A stretch of 64,000 nucleotides of DNA from IMG/VR virus record IMGVR_UViG_3300021400_000004; one strand, given 5' to 3'. A model generated the notes under the pieces. The model was given only the letters and a program-made list of their open reading frames with translations. It searched no databases and was not told the origin of the DNA. The position numbers and the translations under genes are program-made. Source of the DNA: an uncultured virus (IMG/VR IMGVR_UViG_3300021400_000004) (Duplodnaviria; Heunggongvirae; Uroviricota; Caudoviricetes). Shown here in pieces: positions 53,321 to 62,403 of the stretch (position 1 is the stretch's first letter; each line of letters begins with the position of its first letter).

Positions 53321-53605
53321 TTATATATTAGTGTCTTTAAATTCCAAGGATTCATTTAGTGTCCCTCCCAAATTATCCCTGTATGCTTTATTTAAATTAG
53401 CAAAAACATCTTTCTTTTCCTTCAGCATTTCAAGGCATTTCTGTTTCATTACCTCTGCATCTGTTTTTGTTAATCCTTTGATTAATTCGTTATATTTTTC
53501 ATCAAAATTCTCTGCCGTGATTAAGTCCCAAAAGGTCTCTTTATCTTCTGTCATTAGAAAGAATAAGAAATAGATGTACCAATCTGTGTTGTTTTCTTCT
53601 TCCAT
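53321..53605 (-). CDS. Hypothetical protein
   Basis: ORF with GGAGG RBS. Confidence 0.55.
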   Translation of the reverse strand: MEEENNTDWYIYFLFFLMTEDKETFWDLITAENFDEKYNELIKGLTKTDAEVMKQKCLEMLKEKKDVFANLNKAYRDNLGGTLNESLEFKDTNI

Positions 53606-53709
53606 TTTTGCCCTCCTATGTAATCTGCTCTGTTGTTATCTGATTGTTCCACAGTTCTATCTGCTTTTTCGGCTATTTGCTCTGTAAATGTCATTGGATT
53701 TCCTCCGAA

Positions 53710-54381
53710 TTAATACACTTTCCGCCATCCGTACCACTGACCATTTGCATAAAATCGTATATATGTTTCACCATTTTCCGTTGAAGAATAATTACTTAAA
53801 AACCTTGTAAACTCTTGCAAAATTATAGCAGTACTTGGTTTTTTAACAGTTAAAACACCAAACTTTCCACTAGGGTTTGAGTAAGGACTGTTTGTAGCAT
53901 CGTTTAAATTAAACCAGTAATAACCCGATGTTGTAATGTTGTTAAAGTTAGGTGATGAAAAACCACCCTTTGAAAGTGTTTCTTGAATTTCGTAAAAAAT
54001 CCATGCACCATCAACATAGTTTGCACGATAAACAGCTAATTCCGAACGATATGAAATATACAAACCAACGCCTGTGTTTTCTCTGCCAAAAATAGTTAGA
54101 AACAATCCGCCATCATTAACTGGTTTGTCTGTAACTGCATTAAATACATAATGAATAGCTGTATCTGTAATATCGTTAATGCTACCACTCGATTTTATAA
54201 TAACATCGAGCTTTAAATTCACATCATCGACTACCTCATCTATCTTCCCCTTAACCGAGAGATTACTGTCATATGGTATATCGCTTGCGTCTGGCTTTAC
54301 TGCATTTATTAAGGCTAACAATGCATCTGCAATATCCTGTCCTGTTGCATCGGTCATAATTGGGCTTGTTACTGTTGACAT
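53710..54381 (-). CDS. Short fibre protein with pyocin-knob-like domains
   Basis: FNNITTSGYY...GVLTV...ILQEF...YIRF...WYGWRKV. Confidence 0.65.
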   Translation of the reverse strand: MSTVTSPIMTDATGQDIADALLALINAVKPDASDIPYDSNLSVKGKIDEVVDDVNLKLDVIIKSSGSINDITDTAIHYVFNAVTDKPVNDGGLFLTIFGRENTGVGLYISYRSELAVYRANYVDGAWIFYEIQETLSKGGFSSPNFNNITTSGYYWFNLNDATNSPYSNPSGKFGVLTVKKPSTAIILQEFTRFLSNYSSTENGETYIRFYANGQWYGWRKVY

Positions 54382-54392
54382 ATGTTACCTCC

Positions 54393-54551
54393 TTACTGTC
54401 CGTCATCGTATACTATACAGACTTTCCCATTGACTACCGTAAGATATTCAAGGGAGACTGTATTATTAGTTATATCTATTCCTTCGCCTGCGGTGAGTGT
54501 ATCACCTCCACCACCCGCATACTCAATTCCGTTTTTAATTATTATTCCCAT
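54393..54551 (-). CDS. Small fibre-associated protein (52 aa, not in the ORF track)
   Basis: MGIIIKNGIEYAGGGGDTLTAGEGIDITNNTVSL repeats the LTAGxxIxIxNN module of 50582-52909. Confidence 0.55.
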   Translation of the reverse strand: MGIIIKNGIEYAGGGGDTLTAGEGIDITNNTVSLEYLTVVNGKVCIVYDDGQ

Positions 54552-54656
54552 TTGATTATTCTCCTATGAAGTTATTACTTTATTAGTCATGTGTAACGCA
54601 ACTATTGAATAGTAAATGTTATTAAATTTCTTCGTTGGTTTGTTCATGATATTCTT

Positions 54657-56522
54657 CTAGCTTACATATAAGATTCTGAATATAGCCTTTATTTTAGCCG
54701 CTCCACCTGTATAGTGATTCCTTATTTGAGCATTAACTTGTTTAGAGGCATTCATATTAAGAGAATATACACTACACCAACTATATAGCGTACCACCAGA
54801 GGAAGCATTCGCTAAATTTACAGACAATACAGTTAATGCTGTCCAACCGCTCTTTGTAGTGCTAACATTTGGAGTTTGTGCAGAGCCATTAGCCGCAATT
54901 GATACATTATCTGCTACTACCTCGCCAACAATGATTTTACTACTTAAGCTACTCAAAGTTGCTAACGAACCAAGACCAAGTAATGTTCTGAAGTTTGCCG
55001 CATCTGATTTTCTCAACCATCCATCATCGTCAATGAATGCTGGATAAGATGTGAAAGAAGATGGGTTTTGTGCTGGACAACTTGTATTATAAAATGTTGC
55101 ATATAAATAACCATTACCTTGCCTCTCTGCTACTGTATTAGCGGTTGCGGTTGTTGCAGCTGTTAAATAAGCGGCTGATCCTAGTCCTTTAACAGAAACA
55201 TTAGTACCAGCGATTTTAACTTGTCCGTTACTATCACCTGTACCAACATTTCCGCTATCAGCTACCTGTCTCCATGATTGCCAAGTTCCGTTATTTTTTC
55301 CTCGTACAAAAAGCCTTCCATTTCTATAATCTTGTGCTATTTGAGCTACCCAAGTATCACTATAAGACTGAACATATAATGCTCCATCTGATGTAGAAGC
55401 GCCAATAGAAGTTGCAGGACCATTAGATGTATAATAATAGTTTCCATTTTTTATCGCATCATTACAATTATGTTCTGCCGTATTACTATTACCCGAATAA
55501 AATATAGTTCCACTAAAATTATAAGTAGTATCTCTTAACGGAATAGTCCCCGAAAATAACGAAGTTCCATCTTCTTTATACATCCTAAAGTTCAATCCAG
55601 ATTCGGCTGTATATGCCTCGTTTGTCCACAATCTAGCTTTTTCTTGTCCATTACCATAATACCAAACTATATCTGAACTATCGTTAGAAGAAGAGTTTGG
55701 TGTCTCCAGCCTAATATCAGTACCTTGCATAACTAATTGCCCAGTCATAGTATCCCCAGTTTTATCAAGTTTACCCGTCAAATCTATCTGCGCAATTTTA
55801 TTACTATCAAGTACTGATACGCCATTAACATATACATCATCTACGTTTCCTCCACCACCTGGAGCATCTGTAATAAAATATGTTGTTCCGTTATTCTTTT
55901 CTTCAGGAGTGAGTGCATCATATTGCGCTTGAGTGAGTTCAATTTGTTTATTGTCTACATATAACTTAGTAGTAACATCCATATTGTTAGTTGGTGCGGT
56001 TCCCACAGTTAATTTTCCTGACAGGACTTCATTACCATTCCAATCAAGGGTTCGCGCGTTGGAGCGTTCACCTACATTACCGTTTCCAACTATTTCCAAT
56101 AATCCACTTTCGCCAATAGGTGTAGTATCTTCTATATTATATGCACCAAAAACACTTTGTGCAAAATTATTTGCAATGGTGTTATCCCCTTGTGCATGAG
56201 ATGATTCTCCACTTGCCACAACATTATTTCCTTGCGCATAAGAAAAAAATCCTGAAGCAATAGAATCTACGCCAACACTCATACTTGCTTTTACTGGATT
56301 TAACATTAGACTAGATGATTTCTTTGCTCCTTCGGTTGCGGTAGTAGTAGACGTGCTACCCGCCAACAGTACTTCAAAATTACCATTGGTACTATCATCT
56401 TGAGTTTGAGTAACTTTAGTATCAGTTTCGGTGCTATCTACATACTCTTTAGTTTTTCTAAAAATTTCTTCGGCAAAAGCTTTATGTCCGTCAGGTTCTA
56501 AGATTTCGTATATTTCTGCCAT
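54657..56522 (-). CDS. Tail fibre protein (YadA-like head, knob domain)
   Basis: ASGESSHAQG repeats, LTQAQYDAL, GDTMTG, WQSWRQV. Confidence 0.72.
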   Translation of the reverse strand: MAEIYEILEPDGHKAFAEEIFRKTKEYVDSTETDTKVTQTQDDSTNGNFEVLLAGSTSTTTATEGAKKSSSLMLNPVKASMSVGVDSIASGFFSYAQGNNVVASGESSHAQGDNTIANNFAQSVFGAYNIEDTTPIGESGLLEIVGNGNVGERSNARTLDWNGNEVLSGKLTVGTAPTNNMDVTTKLYVDNKQIELTQAQYDALTPEEKNNGTTYFITDAPGGGGNVDDVYVNGVSVLDSNKIAQIDLTGKLDKTGDTMTGQLVMQGTDIRLETPNSSSNDSSDIVWYYGNGQEKARLWTNEAYTAESGLNFRMYKEDGTSLFSGTIPLRDTTYNFSGTIFYSGNSNTAEHNCNDAIKNGNYYYTSNGPATSIGASTSDGALYVQSYSDTWVAQIAQDYRNGRLFVRGKNNGTWQSWRQVADSGNVGTGDSNGQVKIAGTNVSVKGLGSAAYLTAATTATANTVAERQGNGYLYATFYNTSCPAQNPSSFTSYPAFIDDDGWLRKSDAANFRTLLGLGSLATLSSLSSKIIVGEVVADNVSIAANGSAQTPNVSTTKSGWTALTVLSVNLANASSGGTLYSWCSVYSLNMNASKQVNAQIRNHYTGGAAKIKAIFRILYVS

Positions 56523-56539
56523 TTAACTCACCTCCGCAT

Positions 56540-57220
56540 TTATGGAGTCGGATTAAATACCGCATCATATGCATCGTCCACTATATCTGCAATTTCTGTA
56601 TTAGTTATTAAAGATATATCTGTATGTTTAACATAACCACTTAAATCAATAGCAGTAGTACCTATTTTTTCATATCCGCTTGTTGCGGGAGTGGTTGATG
56701 AATCCGTATACCATATATACTCGTCATATATGTTCGGAGTAGTACCACCGCTTGGTACTAAATATATAACTCCATTCTGTCCAGTCGCAGGTAAATCACC
56801 ATAAGAATTAACTTTTTCAAAGCTAATTCTTTCAAAGTTAGCAAGTGCGGTACTTATAAGAGTATTAATCTGAGTGGTAGTCACAACACCTTTGGTGGAA
56901 GCGCCCGCAACAGGTATATTGACTTTCTTGTTTGTGATACTGAGGTCAGTACCATCTATCTGTACACCCTCAAGTACATTTGCTTCTCCAAAATCTGAGT
57001 AGCTAACATGAGTGCTTGCGCCTTGATCGTCTGTTAATACTATCCACTCATTTGTTGTATCTAATGAAATTGAATATGTGCTATTGACATTTAAGGGACT
57101 ATTTTTAAGTTTTGTAAAAATATATTGAACAGCATATAACAATCCATCATCATCTAATAAATTATATGTGGTATCAGCCATTTTAATTTCCTCCTCCAAA
57201 AATTCTATCATATTGCTCAT
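56540..57220 (-). CDS. Putative virion fibre/baseplate-associated protein
   Basis: LDDDGLLY, LPATGQNGVIYLV...NIYDEYIW...YEKIG; probable start near 57181. Confidence 0.6.
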   Translation of the reverse strand: MSNMIEFLEEEIKMADTTYNLLDDDGLLYAVQYIFTKLKNSPLNVNSTYSISLDTTNEWIVLTDDQGASTHVSYSDFGEANVLEGVQIDGTDLSITNKKVNIPVAGASTKGVVTTTQINTLISTALANFERISFEKVNSYGDLPATGQNGVIYLVPSGGTTPNIYDEYIWYTDSSTTPATSGYEKIGTTAIDLSGYVKHTDISLITNTEIADIVDDAYDAVFNPTP

Positions 57221-57781
57221 CTATAATTTGTTTAATTCGAGCATTTTTTATATCTTCTCTACCAAGTTCTTCAAATGTTTTATTATCTTCAAGTACAACA
57301 CCATTAATAGAAGGTTTATTTAATAAAGTTTTATAATCTGTATCTGAAGATTCTCCAATCTTTTGCCATACTGATCCATTAAACATGAATTCTTCATTAG
57401 TATCATATCTAATTACCCAGTCACCGGATTTAGCAGTCACATATTCATTATCTATGATTATTGGATTTGTGTTATCTCCATCTTGAAGTTCAGTGGTAGT
57501 AATACCAAGATATTTACCAAGATTATCTATTTTTTGTTCTAATTCTTTAATTCTTTTCCGCAAAAGTGCATAAGTAATTATATCCATGAAATCATCACCC
57601 ATTCCCCTTTGCTATTAAGCATATAAACTTCACTATTTTCTATGCAAATAGCTACACTTCCTGTACTACATTCTGGTTGAGTAGGTAATGTATTTATATC
57701 TGCTATTTTATCAATAGCAAATTCAGTATAATATGTATTATTATGATCTTGCTGTCTTATTCTTGTATAACCCATCTTCAA
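57183..57781 (-). CDS. Two small putative virion proteins (57183-57602, 57578-57781)
   Basis: YLGITTTELQDG, LNKPSINGVVL; TGSVAIC...VYMLNSKGEW. Confidence 0.55.
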
Positions 57782-57993
57782 CCTCCTTTAATTCAATTTT
57801 TATACTATAAATTATATGAAAAATAAAGTTTCTTAATTAAAGAAAAATGCCATGAAAAATATTATAAAGCGGTTTTTGTTTGCGGTTGCGGGAACCACAC
57901 TCACAAACTATTCGGCGCCCGCCCGCCCAAATAAATAAAAAAGAGGGTGAGTTATATAGCTCACCCTTAAAAGACATAATTATGAAAAATATA

Positions 57994-58290
57994 TTACATA
58001 CCAAATATATTAAAAAACATATCAGTTAAATCTTTAGTTGTTTTATAATTCTTTTTACCCTGAAGTTCAGCAATCTCTTTCTCTTTCTTATCTATCTGAT
58101 CTATAATTGCTTCAATCTCATTATAAGCCTTATCATAAAGTTCCTTTAAGTCATCAAGCTCCTTCTTTGCAGTTTTAATTTTTTCATTAGTTGAAATAAT
58201 CTTTGCTTCTGCTTCCTTCAGTTCTTTTTCTGTATCATAAAGCTTGTTTGTTTTTTCACTATAAAACTTCATAAAATAACCTTCTTTCAT
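57994..58290 (-). CDS. Hypothetical coiled-coil protein
   Basis: MKFYSEKTNKLYDTEKEL; downstream terminator at 57942-57968. Confidence 0.6.
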   Translation of the reverse strand: MKEGYFMKFYSEKTNKLYDTEKELKEAEAKIISTNEKIKTAKKELDDLKELYDKAYNEIEAIIDQIDKKEKEIAELQGKKNYKTTKDLTDMFFNIFGM

Positions 58291-58293
58291 TTT

Positions 58294-58921
58294 CTTTAAT
58301 AATTTAACTATAATAATAAATGATTAGACTTTCGCCTTACTTACATTACCTTCCTTTTTATTCGACCAATGGAAAGATAAGTCTGAGCCAAAGGGAGCTA
58401 CCCTTTAACTTCTTACCTTGCGGATACCCGAAGATACCCTGCCTACACCATACAGGATTGATTACCTATAACTTTCACGCTCCATTCAGATGTTTTATTT
58501 TTATAAAGTTTAACCACACTTTCTTTAATTTGATCTCATTGTAGATTTGCGCTACTCGTACCTTGACCTTCTCTTATAGATTGTCACCAATCATCAACTA
58601 CAAAAAACTTCCTTATTTTCGTATTACTTAGGTTTGCGGCGGGGACGCCCCACATACCGCCTAACTAAGCTTCTTCCTCGCAGAGGCTGCCTATTACGGA
58701 AGCGAGAAGACAGTGTCTTAAAAAGCGATAACTTCAGCACATAATACTAGGAACCTAATTACATTTATTAGGCATTTCTTATATCACTATAAGAACCTTT
58801 AGAATTTTTAAAAAGTATCCTTAGTAAAAACCTTATTACCCTTGATTAAGTATTATTCTCAGCCACATGGAGTTGTGTCTGCACTGAGTTAATATTTATT
58901 ATTATAATTAAATTATCAAAG
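58294..58921 (-). ncRNA. Large ornate ncRNA, ROOL-like
   Basis: ORF-free on the minus strand, hairpin-rich, closed by a 28-bp terminal stem with two G-U pairs. It has its own TTGACA/TATAAT promoter (58948-58976) and adjoins tRNAs. The family is inferred from size and context. Confidence 0.65.
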
Positions 58922-59076
58922 TGCTTTTTGTTTCATTTTCTATATATATTATATAAAAAATTTTTTAAAATGTCAAATCAGTTACTCGGCGCGGGTTGTG
59001 TACAGATACCGCAATACTGGTGGGTCTACATATGATAACATATGAACATTTGCCTAAACGCAACTGATTTGATTAG

Positions 59077-59147
59077 CTGGGGTAGTTGGATTCGAACCAA
59101 CGTTCATGGAGTCAAAGTCCACCGTCTTACCGCTTGGCTATACCCCA
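59077..59147 (-). tRNA. tRNA-Gln(UUG)
   Basis: TGGGGTA/TACCCCA acceptor, GTGGA-CTTTGAC-TCCAT anticodon arm, TTCGAAT T-loop. Confidence 0.9.
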
Positions 59148-59155
59148 ATATTTAG

Positions 59156-59239
59156 TGCGCTTGGCGGGACTTGAACCCGCATGAACTTTCGCTCGAGGGA
59201 TTTTAAGTCCCTTGTGTCTGCCGATTCCACCACAGGCGC
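59156..59239 (-). tRNA. tRNA-Leu(UAA)
   Basis: AGGGA-CTTAAAA-TCCCT anticodon arm, long variable arm, TTCAAGT T-loop. Confidence 0.9.
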
Positions 59240-59683
59240 ATATTGCGGGAACCCAGCTTTGAAACTTCACGAAGCGCCATTCCCGCACTCCTTTTATCTC
59301 TCTCTATTGAATAACTCCCGTGCTAATATGCTTACACTACAAGACTTGGAGATTATGAATATGTAGCTTATCATAGAAAGAGAGGAAGCTTTCAGCTACA
59401 TATTTTATAATAATGGCATATAAGATTAACTCTTATTCTAGGACATATGCCAGATCCTGTTCTGTTTAGTTGGTCAGACAACCATTATTACATTACTACA
59501 TTACTATTGTACAAAGACAATAATTATTGCACGATAGCCTGCCGAAGCGGGACAGCAACCCCCACATTATTCTTGAGTTTAGTCAAGCGAGTTCTCTTTT
59601 TGATTTTACTCCATTCGGTTATCTACCCTCTGTGCTACGCCCAAAGACGATTTCGACTATTAAAAGGAAGTCGCTAACCTTAG

Positions 59684-59756
59684 TGGCGGAGAGGGGAGTT
59701 GAACCCCTAGCCCTTGACGTATGAAGCCACGAATCTACCTTTGATACTACTCCGCG
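59684..59756 (-). tRNA. tRNA-Met(CAU)-like with an initiator-type 1:72 mismatch, partly degenerate
   Basis: CGCGGAG/CTCCGCC acceptor, TTCATAC anticodon loop, TTCAACT T-loop. Confidence 0.65.
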
Positions 59757-60551
59757 TTATATTTTTTCCCATTCTTCTTCAGAATAAGATTTTATTTCTT
59801 GTTTTTTAAATGGTAAATTATAACTTTTACACCATTTTCTTATACTGTTATCAGTAACATTATATTTTTTACCTATTTGAACAAACGAAGTTGTTCTAAT
59901 TAATTGTTTCAATTCTTCTCTTGTTACAGGTCTAGTTGCTAATCCTTCTTGTTTTTGAATTTCATGTCTACAATCTTGACAATACTCTGCATTTTTACTA
60001 ACTATTTTATGACATTTTTTACAATAAAAGATTTGTTTTTTAGTTCTTGTGCAGTCAAAAGGACTAATTCTTAATGGATAAATTAATTTACTTTCTCTCC
60101 AAGTTCTTCCTGTATTAATATCTCTAATAGTATCTTCATGCACTCCATATATCTTTGCAATTTGAGGATAAGATAAATTCGATTTTGTTTTATCCAATAA
60201 AATTTTTTGAATGTCTTTTACTTGAGCATAAGTTAATTTCACTCCATGAACTTGATAATCTCCACCTTCTGTTTGATTATAAACTGGATTATAATATTTT
60301 ATCCAATAATGTTCTCTTTCATTAAGCTTATTAATATCGCATTCTTCAATAACTTCAAATGAAAAATTATCAATTCCATATTTCCTAAAAGCTCTATATA
60401 AAGGATAATCATACCCTTTATCATTTTTATTTTGACTTGCTACTTTATGGTCTGACCATCTTTTATTAATATTTCTACTTTGACCTATATAACAATGACC
60501 ATTTAAATTATTAGTTATTTTATAAATTCCTATCATAGTAAAAACCTCCAT
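59757..60551 (-). CDS. Free-standing GIY-YIG homing endonuclease in the tRNA cluster
   Basis: MIGIYKITNNLNGHCYIGQS, a CKKC...CQDC zinc finger and a C-terminal HTH; probable start at 60536. Confidence 0.87.
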   Translation of the reverse strand: MEVFTMIGIYKITNNLNGHCYIGQSRNINKRWSDHKVASQNKNDKGYDYPLYRAFRKYGIDNFSFEVIEECDINKLNEREHYWIKYYNPVYNQTEGGDYQVHGVKLTYAQVKDIQKILLDKTKSNLSYPQIAKIYGVHEDTIRDINTGRTWRESKLIYPLRISPFDCTRTKKQIFYCKKCHKIVSKNAEYCQDCRHEIQKQEGLATRPVTREELKQLIRTTSFVQIGKKYNVTDNSIRKWCKSYNLPFKKQEIKSYSEEEWEKI

Positions 60552-61052
60552 TTTTTTATTTCATATATATTTGAAAAAATGAAGATATATTTTATATAAA
60601 ATTGACCTCTTAAATTTAAGAGTTCAATCTAATCCGCGTTATAAAACCTGTGATTTATCTCGTTAGCACAGGTACTCCGCGTTATTAAGGTGGTTGAAAC
60701 GTGCCACCTCACGTTCTATTCTATGTCAAGGTATAATCATTGTCATAAGACATATAGTTTCGATTATTTAGACGGAAATAGACAAGCCACTTAATATCCT
60801 TTTTTTATTTTACATATATATTATATAAAAAATTTTTATAAATTTCAAATTATTTTTAAATCCGTTTTTGTTTCCTTTTACCCTTTTTGGCGGCTAAGCT
60901 AGTGGAGAACGGTAACTCCCCCTATTTCCATATATATTATATTAAAAATTTTTATAAAATTCAAATTTATGATATAAGTGAGCCACTCGCATCCCACCAC
61001 CTTATTTCATGTGCCTAAGCCTTGTCCGCTATTATATCATATATTTGAAAAG

Positions 61053-61125
61053 CCACCCCTGAGGAACTCGAATCCTACATTCCCAGAATGAAAATCTGGT
61101 GTACTGACCTTTATACGAAGGGGCG
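61053..61125 (-). tRNA. tRNA-Glu(UUC)
   Basis: CCAGA-TTTTCAT-TCTGG anticodon arm, TTCGAGT T-loop. Confidence 0.8.
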
Positions 61126-61452
61126 AAATAATACAACTCTTTACTTAACGAAGCAGTTGCCGCACCGTGTAACTCATTAGTACAATCATCACTGGGTAAA
61201 TTAGTAAGCTCGACCTGTCCCAGCTTATTGATTGGGTCCCCTCTTCACCGCATTGTCGATGTGATCTCTCGTAGCCGCTTACTCAATTATTTGTCAACTT
61301 ATATCTTGTTCTACGACTCCCCGCTATATATAGTCGAAATTCTCCGCGTCCGTGGTACTGTTGTATCGTCTATCAAGACGTCCTGGGCCTTCAGGAGGAT
61401 ATTCTCTGCGGCGGTCGGATCCTACCTTCCGCAGTTTTTATTGTTGACTTAG

Positions 61453-61527
61453 TCGGGGTGACAGGATTCGAACCTGCGACCTCCTGATCCCAAATCAGGC
61501 GCTCTAGCCAAGCTGAGCCACACCCCA
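61453..61527 (-). tRNA. tRNA-Pro(UGG)
   Basis: Canonical cloverleaf with CCTGA-TTTGGGA-TCAGG anticodon arm. Confidence 0.93.
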
Positions 61528-62090
61528 TTAATATTTTCTTAACTTTTCTATATATATTATAATAAAATTTTTTATAAAATTCAAATTAATTTTTTGGTTG
61601 ATTGGGGAGAACCACTCCCCTAAAGAAGATTACCATTCTCCTATAAGTTTTTTGAGATGAAAGCTTATAAAAAATCTAAGATTTGAACATTCAATCTAAA
61701 AGTAGATTTTATCGTTATATCAAACGGATAGTTTTTGGTTTTGAGTGACTATCAACTCTTCATATAGAAGGCACTTCCTTCTATGATACCCGACTTCTGA
61801 TTCTCACTGGTATCGGGCGGTAGGACCTCTATGGGTAACTTAATCCCAGCCCACGCATTGTTTCTAACTCAGAGTGACGACTCTCCTTCAAATCAAACGT
61901 CTCTTTTAATATTGATTTTAAGTTAGTACAATTTTAATTATCTATTATTTTTGTAAGGGTGTCTCTAAGCAGCACTTCTCCTTGTTTTACCCCTTACTAT
62001 TTACATCAACTGTCGCTATCAATGTAAAACTAGGACATAAGTTATTTTCAAGTCAGGCTACGACATTAATACCTTTCTTGATGCTCTATG

Positions 62091-62155
62091 AGCCGTCCAA
62101 GGGAGTCGAACCCTTAATCACAAGTCAATTGTGTTCACCATTGCGCCAAGACGGC
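62091..62155 (-). tRNA. Short tRNA-like element with an aberrant anticodon arm
   Basis: GCCGTCT/GGACGGC acceptor and AAGGG-TTCGACT-CCCTT T-arm, but the anticodon arm CACAA-TTGAC-TTGTG has a 5-nt loop. Confidence 0.5.
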
Positions 62156-62327
62156 ATATCATCAAGTGAGTAGTTTCAACCTCACGCATCTCTAGCGGGT
62201 TCAACGAATCGTAACTGGGGTAGCTTACTCGGATTTTCACCGACGCCCTCTGTGGTGTCTCCCCACTGCTTCCCGCAACACGAGCTTTATTCTCTTCACG
62301 ACTTTTAATACTTGTCTATTGATGAAA

Positions 62328-62398
62328 CTCCCCTGTCTGGATTCGAACCAGAGAGAATTGATTAACAATCAATCATGTTACCACTACATCACAAGGGA
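62328..62398 (-). tRNA. tRNA-Asn(GUU)
   Basis: TCCCTTG/CAGGGGA acceptor, ATTGA-TTGTTAA-TCAAT anticodon arm, TTCGAAT T-loop. Confidence 0.88.
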
Positions 62399-62403
62399 TT
62401 AGA

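Noticed and set aside
42698..57781. Diversity-generating retroelement or invertase shufflon acting on fibre genes
   Set aside because: No reverse transcriptase, recombinase, template/variable repeat pair or inverted cassettes in the window.
60780..61590. CRISPR-like array of AT-rich repeats
   Set aside because: The repeats are copies of the early promoter motif with irregular spacing, and no cas genes are present.
798..62173. All plus-strand ORFs in the track
   Set aside because: They are short antisense shadows of minus-strand genes or RNAs, with no RBS or recognisable motifs.
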